Shown in pieces: positions 55,550 through 64,000 of a stretch of DNA of 64,000 bases. The stretch's first letter is position 1. The number at the start of each line of letters is the position of its first letter. This DNA is from Actinomycetales bacterium (GTDB taxonomy: Bacteria; Actinomycetota; Actinomycetes; Actinomycetales; CAVURS01): NCBI GenBank assembly GCA_045807245.1, contig JBJMHS010000032.1:1-64000 (forward strand). The letters are read 5' to 3'. The position numbers were made by a program, and so were the translations under genes. The notes below the pieces were generated by a model, which had not been told where the DNA came from, made no database searches, and worked only from the letters and a program-made list of their open reading frames with translations.

Positions 55550-57546
55550 CGGACGACCAGCAACACGACCAGCAAACCGACGGCCCCGTAGCCCAGGTAG
55601 AGGTTCACGCTGCCCGGGTGCGCCCGACGGACCCAGCCGGCCCACGTCCGCACCGCACGAACGACCGGGTCGTACACCCGATGCTCGATCGCATCGGTCT
55701 GGTGCGAGCGGACGTCGACCCTCGTGACGAGGTACCGCGACTGCTCGTGGTAGGTGATCTCGATGTCGGTCTCGGGTCGAAGCACGTCGTCGAAGACGCG
55801 CTGCAACGGTTCGGCGAACGACGTGGCTGTGTACTGCATGCGCGGGCTCAGCCGTACCGCGCCGGATGCCCACAGCGGCGCCGTCTTCGCGCCGGGCCGG
55901 ACCCGCGAACCCCACCTGGCCAGCAGTACGGCGAGTGAGCTCGCCATCGCCAGTCCGACTGCGAGCCAGACCGGAGAGAGCGACCCAGCAACGCCGGGAA
56001 GCCGGACGTAAGCCCCGAAGCGCACAGCGCCGGTGCCCTGGGTGGACGGCAGAACGTGCAGCACCCGCGCCAGAGCTGCACCGACCGCTGTCGGAGCGAC
56101 CGCCAGCACCAGGCAGGCCGCCGCTGCCAGCCACATCCCGGCCAGCATCGAACCCGAGGCCTCCCTCGCCTGCGCTGCGGCAGAGGAACGCGGACGAGCC
56201 AGGAAGCCGACGGCCAGGGCCTTGACCATCGCGACCACCGCCAGGCCGGTGGCGAGTGCCACCACCCCCATGGCCAACGGCATCGCCAACCGCACCAGCA
56301 CGTCGCTCTGGCGCGGCGCATGGATGAGCGACTGCACCAGCAGCCACTCGCTGACGAAGCCGGCACCCAGCGGCAAGCCACAGGCCCCCAGGGCCGCGAC
56401 ACCGAACAGGAAGGTAGTCGCCGGCATCCGCCGCGCCAGGCCACCCATCTCGTCCAGGTCCCGCAACCCGGTCCCGGCCACGACGGACCCCGCCGCCAGG
56501 AAGGCCAGGGTCTTGAAGGCCGCATGGCTGATCACCAACAACAGAGCGGCACCCAGAGCGATCGCGGCAACGTTGCGGGCCCCCGCGGAGGAGAGCAATG
56601 TGCTGGCACCGAGCGCGAGCGCGACCAGCCCCATGTTCTCGGTCGTCGAATAGGCCAGCAGTCGCTTGAGATCCGTTGCGACGCAAGCCTGCAGAACGCC
56701 GTACACGGCCGACGCCCCACCGACGACCAGTAGGCTCACCCCCCACCAGCGCGGGCCAGGGCCGAGCAGCTGCAGGTCGAAACGGACCAGACCGTAGATG
56801 CCAAGGCTGACCATCGCGGCACTCATCAACGCCGAGACCGGGCTCGGCGCCTCCGGGTGGGCTCGCGGCAGCCACGCGTGGAGGGGGACCAAGCCCGCCT
56901 TGGAACCGAACCCGACCAAAGTCAGGACGAAGACGGCGGCGCGGGTGCCCGCAGGCACCTGGGCCACGTTGCCGGCGAGGGTGGCGAAGCTGTCGGCATG
57001 CGCGTTGGCCGACAGCACCATCAAGCCGGCGAGGATCGCCGCGAAGCCCAGCTGGGTGAGCACGGCGTAGAAGACCCCCGCCGCCCGCACCTCAGGCCGT
57101 CGATGCTCGGTGAGCACCAAGAGCAATGACGCCAGGGCCATCTGCTCCCACACAAACAGGAACGTCGTCAGCGACCCAGCAGCGGGCACCAGCAGCAACG
57201 TGACGACGAACCAGGGCAGCATGACCAACGTCATGCGCGGCAGTCGCTCACGACGCGCGTAGCCGATCGCGAACAGACCCACCGGTACGGCGACGGCGCC
57301 GGCCACGGCGACGAACAGACCGCCGAGCGGGTCAAGCGCGAACGTCACACCGACCAGGGGCAACAGCCATCCGACCCGCACCGAGCCAAGCACATGGAAG
57401 ACAGACGTCACGCCCAAGACGGCGCCAGCAAGTCCGATGACCGCGGTCACAAGGCCCGAAACGATGGCAGCCGTACCCCGCGGGCCGGAGTTCGAGCGCG
57501 TCCTCGGCACCGACCCGAGGACCGACAGACCCGTGGCCCTGCTCAC
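55546..57546 (-). CDS. hyfB: HyfB/HycC-like antiporter-like subunit
   Basis: WEQMAL, KAGLVPLHAWLPRAHPEAPSPVSALMS, LKRLLAYST, HAAFK, MQYTATSFAEP. Confidence 0.9.
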   Translation of the reverse strand: MSRATGLSVLGSVPRTRSNSGPRGTAAIVSGLVTAVIGLAGAVLGVTSVFHVLGSVRVGWLLPLVGVTFALDPLGGLFVAVAGAVAVPVGLFAIGYARRERLPRMTLVMLPWFVVTLLLVPAAGSLTTFLFVWEQMALASLLLVLTEHRRPEVRAAGVFYAVLTQLGFAAILAGLMVLSANAHADSFATLAGNVAQVPAGTRAAVFVLTLVGFGSKAGLVPLHAWLPRAHPEAPSPVSALMSAAMVSLGIYGLVRFDLQLLGPGPRWWGVSLLVVGGASAVYGVLQACVATDLKRLLAYSTTENMGLVALALGASTLLSSAGARNVAAIALGAALLLVISHAAFKTLAFLAAGSVVAGTGLRDLDEMGGLARRMPATTFLFGVAALGACGLPLGAGFVSEWLLVQSLIHAPRQSDVLVRLAMPLAMGVVALATGLAVVAMVKALAVGFLARPRSSAAAQAREASGSMLAGMWLAAAACLVLAVAPTAVGAALARVLHVLPSTQGTGAVRFGAYVRLPGVAGSLSPVWLAVGLAMASSLAVLLARWGSRVRPGAKTAPLWASGAVRLSPRMQYTATSFAEPLQRVFDDVLRPETDIEITYHEQSRYLVTRVDVRSHQTDAIEHRVYDPVVRAVRTWAGWVRRAHPGSVNLYLGYGAVGLLVVLLVVR

Positions 57547-58025
57547 CGACCGGTGACCGACCGGAAGGCATCGACGATGGCCTGCGGGCTCGGCGGACAG
57601 CCCGGCACCTCCACGTCGACCGGCACCACGTCGCGAACCGCCCCGACGACGCCGTAGCCGTCGGCGAACATGCCGCAGTTGCGGGCGCAGTCGCCGACCG
57701 CGATGACCACGCGTGGTTCCGGTGTCGCTGCCAACGTCTGGCGCAAAGGCTCAGCCATGTTCCGGGTGACCACCCCGGTCACCACGAGGGCGTCCGCGTG
57801 TCGCGGCGAAGCGACGAGCCGCACCCCGAACTGCTCCACGTCGTACGTCGGCGAGAACGCACCCGACAGCTCCACCTCGCAGCCGTTGCACGACCCCGCG
57901 TCGACATGGCGCACCTGCAGCGAGCCGGCTACGCCCGTCGGAGGTGACAGTGCCGCGGGCGGCAACGCCGGGGCCGGCTCCACGACCCGCCCGACCTGAC
58001 GGACCTTTCGCAGCCAACCGACCAT
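57543..58025 (-). CDS. HycG/NuoB-like Fe-S small subunit
   Basis: GSCNGCE, SPRHAD, GDCA, PGCPP. Confidence 0.92.
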   Translation of the reverse strand: MVGWLRKVRQVGRVVEPAPALPPAALSPPTGVAGSLQVRHVDAGSCNGCEVELSGAFSPTYDVEQFGVRLVASPRHADALVVTGVVTRNMAEPLRQTLAATPEPRVVIAVGDCARNCGMFADGYGVVGAVRDVVPVDVEVPGCPPSPQAIVDAFRSVTGR

Positions 58026-58048
58026 GCCGCCACGGGCGGAGCCGGACA

Positions 58049-58402
58049 TCATCCGGCCCGCCGGGCGGCCGCGCGACCGCTGGCCTTGAGATCCTTCAGC
58101 AGGACCGCCTGCTCATTGAGCAGCCCGGTCAGCACGCGGCGGGCCACCGCCAGCAGCTCGGCCATCTCAGGTGAGGCCATCGAGTAGATCACCGAGTTGC
58201 CCTGCTTGGTACCCACCACGACACCAGCGCGCCTGAGCACCCCCAGCTGCTGAGACAGGTGCGACGCCTCCAGGCCCACCTCGGGCTGGAGCTCGCTCAC
58301 CGACCGTTCGCCCTGCGACAGCAGCTCAAGGATCCTGATCCGGGCCGGATGCCCAAGCGTCTTGAAGAACTCCGCCTTCAACTGATAGAGCGGCGTCGAC
58401 AT
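58049..58402 (-). CDS. ArsR family regulator (Rv0081-like)
   Basis: PLYQLKAEFFKTLGHPARIRILELL, SHLSQQLGVLRRAG. Confidence 0.9.
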   Translation of the reverse strand: MSTPLYQLKAEFFKTLGHPARIRILELLSQGERSVSELQPEVGLEASHLSQQLGVLRRAGVVVGTKQGNSVIYSMASPEMAELLAVARRVLTGLLNEQAVLLKDLKASGRAAARRAG

Positions 58403-58496
58403 GCAGCGCTCACCCTTCCCAGACCGTTGGTGTGATCCGCCGACAGGAGGCAGACGCTCCGAGCCGGCGGGGCCTATCTTGCCTCACAGAAACACT

Positions 58497-58516
58497 AACT
58501 GACAACATTGTCAGTT
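58497..58516. promoter_or_regulatory. Perfect 9-2-9 palindrome upstream of the Ehr operon
   Basis: AACTGACAA-CA-TTGTCAGTT in an AT-rich spacer. Confidence 0.6.
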
Positions 58517-58564
58517 GCTAGATCCACAGATCTGTCAGGCGCGCTGCACGTGACCAACTGTCCG

Positions 58565-59371
58565 TTACATCGAGGCCGAGCGCCAGCGCTGCGCGGCCAA
58601 TCGCTCGTACAAGGGGCGGCCCTCGTCGGCCACCTTGGCAGCGCGCCCAGTGAGCCGGACCGGTCGCGGACGGTAGGGCTCGAACCCGGTGGAACGCCAC
58701 ACTGCCTCGTACCAGTAGGGACCCCAGACACCGTCGCTGTCCCGGCGTCCCGGCGGCCAGTGCAGCATCGCATCGGTGAACTCCACCCCGACCAGGTCGC
58801 AGAGCCCGCGCAGGTGACCCTCCGGGTCGCGCAGGAAGTCGGCCGAGTCGATCACGAGTGGGGACCGATCGGCGGCGACCAGGTCGTCGTACAGCGAAAC
58901 TTGTTGCGGCAGACCGATGTCCATCAGGGAGACATCGGGCCTCGACTTGACGTACGACGCCACCACCTCCGCTGGGTCACGGATCAGCAAGACGTTGACC
59001 AGCTCTTTGATCCACCCGCGGGGCACGTCGTCGATCAGGTGATGCGTCATGTGCTTCTGGTAGAAGACGCGTACCCCGTCCGGCACCGGACCGAGCAGAC
59101 CGGCTATGGCCACGTCGATGTCCGTCGGGAGGGCGGCGACGATCTCCTCTCGGCCTGGATGCTCGATGCCGGTCGTCGCGAGGTAGTGCCCGTACAGGGG
59201 CTCGTCCACCACGATCGCGTCCGGCCGGTTCTCCCAGGACCGCATCAGCGCGGTCGAGATGTTGCGCGGCCCGGACCACATCGCGAGCCGGGCCACACCG
59301 CGATGCCCACCAACGCCACCAACGCCGCCGGCGCCGCGGGCGCCGCCGCCGCCGCCCTCCTCGTCAGCCAT
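58565..59371 (-). CDS. Sulfotransferase-fold protein of the type paired with class IV aminotransferases
   Basis: MWSGPRNISTALMRSW, DEPLY, QKHM, LIRDP, W...WY..V..STGF; Gly-rich N-terminus, start could be 59296. Confidence 0.85.
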   Translation of the reverse strand: MADEEGGGGGARGAGGVGGVGGHRGVARLAMWSGPRNISTALMRSWENRPDAIVVDEPLYGHYLATTGIEHPGREEIVAALPTDIDVAIAGLLGPVPDGVRVFYQKHMTHHLIDDVPRGWIKELVNVLLIRDPAEVVASYVKSRPDVSLMDIGLPQQVSLYDDLVAADRSPLVIDSADFLRDPEGHLRGLCDLVGVEFTDAMLHWPPGRRDSDGVWGPYWYEAVWRSTGFEPYRPRPVRLTGRAAKVADEGRPLYERLAAQRWRSASM

Positions 59372-60305
59372 CGCCCCGACGCTTCGCGACGTCTCGCTCG
59401 ACCGCCTGGCGGTAGAGCGCCTGCAACCGCTCCGTGAGCGGCCGGGTCCCCGTCCCCACCTCGCGGCCGTCGACCTGGCGCACCGGCACCAGCCCGGCGA
59501 ACGTGCCGGTGACGAACGCCTCATCCGCGCCGTACACGTCGGTGAGGCTGAAGTTGCGTTCTCGCGCAACGATGCCCGCGGAGCGCGCCACCTCGAGGAC
59601 CACGGACCGAGTGATCCCACCGAGGCAGTAGTCGCCGGTCGAGGTCCAGAGCTCGCCGCGCCGCCCGATGAAGAAGTGGGTCGAGTTACAGGTGGCGACG
59701 AAGCCGTGCGGGTCGAGCATCAGCGCCTCGTCCGCGCCGGCGGTGTAGGCCTGGATGCACGCCGTGATGTCGTTCAGCTTGCTGTGCGAGTTGAGCTTGG
59801 CGTCCAGGACGTCGGGGGACGGCCGGCGCACGTGCACCGTGAACAGGGTGATGCCGCGCTCGACGACCTGGGGCTTGGGCGACTTGTGCTCCGCGACGAT
59901 CACGACGGTCGCCGGTCCGAGCGTCACCCGGGGGTCCTGGTACGGCGTGCGCTTCACGCCGCGCGTGACCATCAGCCGCACGTGCACACCGTCGGTCATC
60001 TCGTTGGCCCGCAACGTCTCGGCTAAGGCGGCGGCCAACGAGGCTCGGTCCATCCCGACGTCCAGTGCGATCGCCTTGGCCCCTTCGAACAGGCGGTCCA
60101 AGTGCCGGTCGAGGAACGCCGGAACCCCACCGTGCACCCGCAAGCCCTCCCACACCCCGTCGCCCAGCACGAAGCCCGAGTCGAAGACGGACACCACCGC
60201 CTCCTGGCGCGGCCGCAGCTCGCCGTTGACCCAGACGAGGACGTGGTCGTTGCGCGGGTCGTCGTCGTACTCGTGCGTCCCGTGCACCTGACTGTCGGCT
60301 GTCAC
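59364..60305 (-). CDS. Aminotransferase class IV (BCAT-like)
   Basis: SVFDSGFVLGDGVWEG, HLDRL, DEALML, LGGITR, ADEAFVTGT. Confidence 0.92.
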   Translation of the reverse strand: MTADSQVHGTHEYDDDPRNDHVLVWVNGELRPRQEAVVSVFDSGFVLGDGVWEGLRVHGGVPAFLDRHLDRLFEGAKAIALDVGMDRASLAAALAETLRANEMTDGVHVRLMVTRGVKRTPYQDPRVTLGPATVVIVAEHKSPKPQVVERGITLFTVHVRRPSPDVLDAKLNSHSKLNDITACIQAYTAGADEALMLDPHGFVATCNSTHFFIGRRGELWTSTGDYCLGGITRSVVLEVARSAGIVARERNFSLTDVYGADEAFVTGTFAGLVPVRQVDGREVGTGTRPLTERLQALYRQAVERDVAKRRGDG

Positions 60306-60365
60306 GGGACCACCCAACCACTGGCATCCTCGGACGCGTGACCACGGGACCGTTGCTCGTCCGAC

Positions 60366-60719
60366 ATGGCTGACGCGGACGACGTCCGGCGTATCGCCGG
60401 CTCACTCGAGGGGGCCGTCGAGATCCCGAGCGAAGGCTTCGACTTCCGGGTCGGCAACCGCGGCTTCGTGTGGTCCTACCCGGAGCCGGTCCCCGGTCGA
60501 CGCCGCGTCATCCGCGCGGACCTGGCCGTGCTGTACGTCGGCGACGAGTCCGAGCGGCAGGCCCTGATCAACGGCGAACCGGAGCTCTTCATCACCGCAG
60601 CCGGGTACAGCGGGCAGCCCGTTGTGGTCGTACGGCTCGAGCGAGTGACGACGAGACGTCTGACCGAGCTGGTCACCGACGCGTGGGACATGCGACGGGC
60701 GGACGGCGCCCCGCGATGA
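60366..60719 (+). CDS. MmcQ/YjbR family protein
   Basis: DDVRRIA.SL, FRVG, ALI..EPELF....Y, ELVTDAW. Confidence 0.78.
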   Translation: MADADDVRRIAGSLEGAVEIPSEGFDFRVGNRGFVWSYPEPVPGRRRVIRADLAVLYVGDESERQALINGEPELFITAAGYSGQPVVVVRLERVTTRRLTELVTDAWDMRRADGAPR

Positions 60720-60730
60720 GCCAACGACAA

Positions 60731-60762
60731 AGACGCCGCCTCCCGTGAGGGAAGCGGCGTCT
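60731..60762. terminator. Hairpin between convergent genes
   Basis: AGACGCCGCCTCCC-GTGA-GGGAAGCGGCGTCT. Confidence 0.7.
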
Positions 60763-60784
60763 GTGGTCGGTCCGGCTGACGGCG

Positions 60785-60910
60785 TCAGCGGCGAGGCGCT
60801 CCGGGGCGGTTGTGCTCGATCATCCGCAGCTGCGCGTAGGCGATGTCCGCCCAGATCGCAGCGAGCTTGTGTCCGAATCCATCTCCCCTGACGGGGGTCT
60901 TGCTGGTCAT
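60785..60910 (-). CDS. Small protein, 41 aa, absent from the ORF track
   Basis: Translated by hand: MTSKTPVRGDGFGHKLAAIWADIAYAQLRMIEHNRPGAPRR*; RBS GAGGAG 7 nt upstream; a hairpin follows the stop. Confidence 0.65.
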   Translation of the reverse strand: MTSKTPVRGDGFGHKLAAIWADIAYAQLRMIEHNRPGAPRR

Positions 60911-61068
60911 GGCCGCGCTCCTCGTGGTTTCGTTCGAGTCTTCGGTTGGTGCGGAGTCGCCCGCCCAGCCATCATGTCAAACCGTCGGCAGCCGTCGTTT
61001 GTGCCCCCACCGATGGTGATGCCCGTCACCCGGGCCGGCCCGTGCCACGATGGCCGGGTGATGATGCG

Positions 61069-61389
61069 GTGAACGAGCGGCGGTTCACCCGCCGTACCGA
61101 GGACTTCGAATGTGGCCACTGTGGCCGGGCCGTCCGCGGCACCGGCTACACGAACCACTGCCCCGCCTGTCTGTGGTCCCGCCACGTCGACGTTCGACCA
61201 GGCGACCGCGCCGCGGACTGCCGTGGGCTGATGGAGCCCATCGGGGCCCAGCTCGACGGACCCGAGCTGGTCGTCGTACAGCGCTGCGTCGCCTGCGGCC
61301 ACCTCTGGCGCAACAAGACGACCCCCGCCGACGACCGGCACCTGCTCATCGCCCTGACGGCGCGCCCCACGCCGACCACGCTGACCTGA
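61069..61389 (+). CDS. RNHCP domain protein
   Basis: FECGHCG...YTNHCPACLWSRHVD..PGDRAADC.GLM...C..CG. Confidence 0.88.
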   Translation: MNERRFTRRTEDFECGHCGRAVRGTGYTNHCPACLWSRHVDVRPGDRAADCRGLMEPIGAQLDGPELVVVQRCVACGHLWRNKTTPADDRHLLIALTARPTPTTLT

Positions 61390-61479
61390 GCCCGTCGCGG
61401 GGCACCCGAAAGGGGCTCTGACCTGCAGCGAAGGGTCGGCCGCACCTCAAGTCCGGCGCGCCGACGCCGATGCTATGAC

Positions 61480-63492
61480 GTGCTCTCGCCGCTGAGACGC
61501 GGACGGTCGACGGGGTCGGTCCGGCGTCTCTTTGCCGTCTACGCGCTGGTCAGCCTCGTGCCAGTGCTGCTGCTCGGCGCTGCCCTGCTGAGCCTGCTCA
61601 ACCGGCAGGGACACCAGCATGCGGTGGCCGAGGGCCAGGCCAAAGCCGACCTCATCGCGCGGACCAGCATCGCCCCACTCCTCGGCGTCGACAACCTCGA
61701 CCGCGGCCTGACCGAGGCCGAGCGCACGGCACTGCAGCGCAGCGTCAGCCTCGCGGTCGCCGACCACCAGCTGGTCCGGATCCGCCTGCGCGGCATGAGC
61801 GGTCACATCGTCTACTCCGACGACGCGTCCGGCGTGGCCGAGGCCACGCCCGAGAACGCGGTCGTCGAGGCCGTTCACGGCCAGACCGACGTCGAGCTCA
61901 CCCACGTCAACGCCGACGCCGAGGACGTGGGCCCACTCGGGCCCAAGGTCGTCGAGGTCTACCAGCCGCTGCTGGCCACCCAGTCGCACCTGCAGATCGG
62001 CGTACTCGAGATCTACCTGCCGTACGCGCCCATCGCCGCCGACATCTCCCGCGGTCAGCGCGCAGTCGGTCTCGCCCTGACCGGCGGGCTGCTCCTGCTG
62101 TGGCTCAGCCTGCTCGCGGTGTCGATGTCGGTGACCCGCCGTCTGCGCCGGCAGTCACAGGCGAACGCCTACCTGGCCCGGCACGACGCGTTGACCGGCA
62201 TGCCGAACCGCTCGCACTTCGCCGACCGCGCGGCCCAGGCCGTCCGCGGCGCGACCCCGGAGCGCCCGGTGTGCATCGCGGTGATCGACCTCGACCGGTT
62301 CAAGGAGGTCAACGACACGCTCGGACACGACACGGGCGACCAGCTGCTCCTGCTGCTCGCCGAGCGGATGAAGCTGTACGTCCGAGAGGGCGACACCATT
62401 GCCCGGCTCGGGGGCGACGAGTTCGGGGTCATCCTCGCGGGCATCCACAGCACCAGCGAAGCCGCCGAAGTGCTGGCCCGGCTCAGATCTGTCGTCAGCG
62501 AGCCGGCGCAGGTCCACGGCGTACCGCTGGCGGTGGAGGCGAGCGTCGGCTTCGCCATGGCGCCCGAGGACGGCTTGCAGATCGGCGAGCTGCTGCAGCA
62601 CGCCGACCTGGCGATGTACGTCGCGAAGCGCAACTACTCCGGCCTCATCCGCTATCGCGCCGAGCACGACCAGCACGACTCCTCGACGCTCACTCTGATC
62701 GCCGAGCTCGGCCACGCGATCGCGGACGACCAGCTCGTCCTGCACTACCAGCCCAAAGGCGATGTACGGCGCGGCCGCGTGGTCGCTCTCGAGGCGCTGG
62801 TCCGGTGGCAGCACCCCACCCGGGGCTTGGTCTACCCGGACGCGTTCGTGCCGGCGGCCGAGCAGACCGAGCTCATCGAGGACCTGACCCGCTGGGTGCT
62901 CCGGCGCGCGACCACCGCCCTGCCCGAGCTCGACCCGACCGGTCGGCTGGCCATCGCCGTGAACATCTCGGCCCGCAGCCTGGCCCGGCCCGAGTTCGCG
63001 GGAGAGGTGCTGGCCGTGCTGGGTGAGACGGGCACCGACCCGCACCGCGTGATCCTCGAGATCACCGAGACCTCGCTCATGGCCGACCCGATCCGGGCCG
63101 CCCGCACGCTCGGCGAGCTGAGCCGCGCGGGGCTGCGCATCTCGATCGACGACTTCGGCGCGGGGCACACCAGCCTGGGCTACCTCGCGACGCTCCCGAT
63201 CTGGGAGCTCAAGATCGACAAGACCTTCGTCCTGCCGATGCTCAGCGACGAGCGCAAGACCGCCATCGTCCGCTCGGTCATCGAGCTGGGCCACAGCCTC
63301 GGCTTCACCGTGACCGCCGAGGGGGTCGAGTCGGCCGAGGCGCTGCACCGGCTGGCCGACCTCGACTGCGACACCGTCCAGGGGTACCTGTTGGCCCGGC
63401 CGGTCGCGTCGGCCGAGCTGCCCGGACGCGTGTCCGGCGCGGCCGACGTCCTGCGCGCACACGGCGCGGTCACTCCGACGCCCGGCGCCTGA
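61480..63492 (+). CDS. Membrane GGDEF-EAL diguanylate cyclase/phosphodiesterase
   Basis: Two TM segments, HDALTG, RLGGDEF, EALVRW, DDFGAG, AEGVE, QGY. Confidence 0.93.
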   Translation: MLSPLRRGRSTGSVRRLFAVYALVSLVPVLLLGAALLSLLNRQGHQHAVAEGQAKADLIARTSIAPLLGVDNLDRGLTEAERTALQRSVSLAVADHQLVRIRLRGMSGHIVYSDDASGVAEATPENAVVEAVHGQTDVELTHVNADAEDVGPLGPKVVEVYQPLLATQSHLQIGVLEIYLPYAPIAADISRGQRAVGLALTGGLLLLWLSLLAVSMSVTRRLRRQSQANAYLARHDALTGMPNRSHFADRAAQAVRGATPERPVCIAVIDLDRFKEVNDTLGHDTGDQLLLLLAERMKLYVREGDTIARLGGDEFGVILAGIHSTSEAAEVLARLRSVVSEPAQVHGVPLAVEASVGFAMAPEDGLQIGELLQHADLAMYVAKRNYSGLIRYRAEHDQHDSSTLTLIAELGHAIADDQLVLHYQPKGDVRRGRVVALEALVRWQHPTRGLVYPDAFVPAAEQTELIEDLTRWVLRRATTALPELDPTGRLAIAVNISARSLARPEFAGEVLAVLGETGTDPHRVILEITETSLMADPIRAARTLGELSRAGLRISIDDFGAGHTSLGYLATLPIWELKIDKTFVLPMLSDERKTAIVRSVIELGHSLGFTVTAEGVESAEALHRLADLDCDTVQGYLLARPVASAELPGRVSGAADVLRAHGAVTPTPGA

Positions 63493-63576
63493 ACGCCTTC
63501 CGCTCTCTCGGCTTGACATGGGCGGCCACCGGGACCCACTCTATAATAGATCAGTTTTAGAAGTGAAAGGTTATGG

Positions 63577-63909
63577 ATGAGCGACACCGAGTTGGACGCC
63601 GTGTTCGGAGCGCTGGCCGACCGGACCCGCCGGGCGATCCTGGCCCGGCTCACCCAGGGCGAGGCCAGCGTGGCGGCGCTGGCGGCACCGTTCCCGATGT
63701 CGCAGCCCGCCGTCTCCCGGCACCTGAAGGTGCTCGAGGACGCCGGCCTGATCACCCGGAGCCGGCAGGCGACGGCCCGGCTCAGCCATCTGCGCGCCGA
63801 GCCGTTGCGCGACGCGGTCGGGTGGCTCGCGTCGTACCGCGAGTACTGGGAGGAGAGCTACCAGCGCCTGGACGAGCTGCTCGCCAGCACGAAGAGAGGA
63901 AGGACCTGA
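63577..63909 (+). CDS. ArsR/SmtB family regulator
   Basis: FGALADRTRRAIL, AVSRHLKVLEDAGLI; TATAAT at 63542-63547. Confidence 0.9.
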   Translation: MSDTELDAVFGALADRTRRAILARLTQGEASVAALAAPFPMSQPAVSRHLKVLEDAGLITRSRQATARLSHLRAEPLRDAVGWLASYREYWEESYQRLDELLASTKRGRT

Positions 63910-63910
63910 G

Positions 63911-64000
63911 ATGGGAACCACGACGTACACGATCGAACCGGGCTCGCACGCCCTGCACCTCGAGCGCGAGTTCGACGCTCCGGCCGAGACACTGCTGCGG
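63911..64000 (+). CDS. SRPBCC family protein, 5' part (truncated by window end)
   Basis: MGTTTYTIEPGSHALHLEREFDAPAETLLR; follows the ArsR gene with an RBS. Confidence 0.7.
   Translation, partial: MGTTTYTIEPGSHALHLEREFDAPAETLLR

Noticed and set aside
50915..58025. Functional [NiFe]-hydrogenase / formate hydrogenlyase
   Set aside because: Both CxxC nickel-binding motifs are absent and no maturation genes are visible.
63513..63547. TTGACA and TATAAT as a consensus promoter pair
   Set aside because: The spacer is 23 nt, too long; only the -10 is credible.

Overview
High-GC actinobacterial (Actinomycetota) chromosome segment, in four parts. (1) 1-7543 is the right-hand part of an integrated mobile element whose left end lies outside the window. 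It has a run of small translationally coupled ORFs (two hydrophobic), a lower-GC region with strong predicted structure, an MT-A70 (DPPW) adenine methyltransferase, a VirD4/T4CP-like ATPase, a replication-relaxation (MOBC-like PD-(D/E)XK) protein, a ribbon-helix-helix protein and a large serine recombinase. The recombinase reading frame runs antisense through the target tRNA-Ala(CGC). (2) 7544-31470 is a conserved actinobacterial core block: tRNA-Ala, sepX/glpR-like, rimJ, mog, moaC, moeA, galU, a GGDEF gene, 5-formyl-THF cyclo-ligase, penicillin acylase, K+/H+ antiporter, fmdB, MTAP, SAF, mscL and a degenerate helicase-like giant. Probable additions include a DUF222-HNH gene with LexA and PafBC promoter motifs. 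(3) 31674-43967 is a complete myo-inositol catabolic cluster with ABC transporter, followed by tRNA-Arg(CCT). (4) 44025-64000 is a patchwork accessory region: arr rifampin ADP-ribosyltransferase, opine dehydrogenase, a BNR-repeat secreted protein, an Rv0081-0087-like Ehr/Hyf operon lacking Ni-binding cysteines, an aminotransferase-IV/sulfotransferase pair, an unannotated 41-aa ORF, and a GGDEF-EAL gene. The best candidate for an undescribed system is the left-end element, with its structured leader, ssDNA-type hairpins, bridge ORFs and integration-dependent integrase C-terminus. All calls come from reading motifs by eye; no database search or folding program was run.
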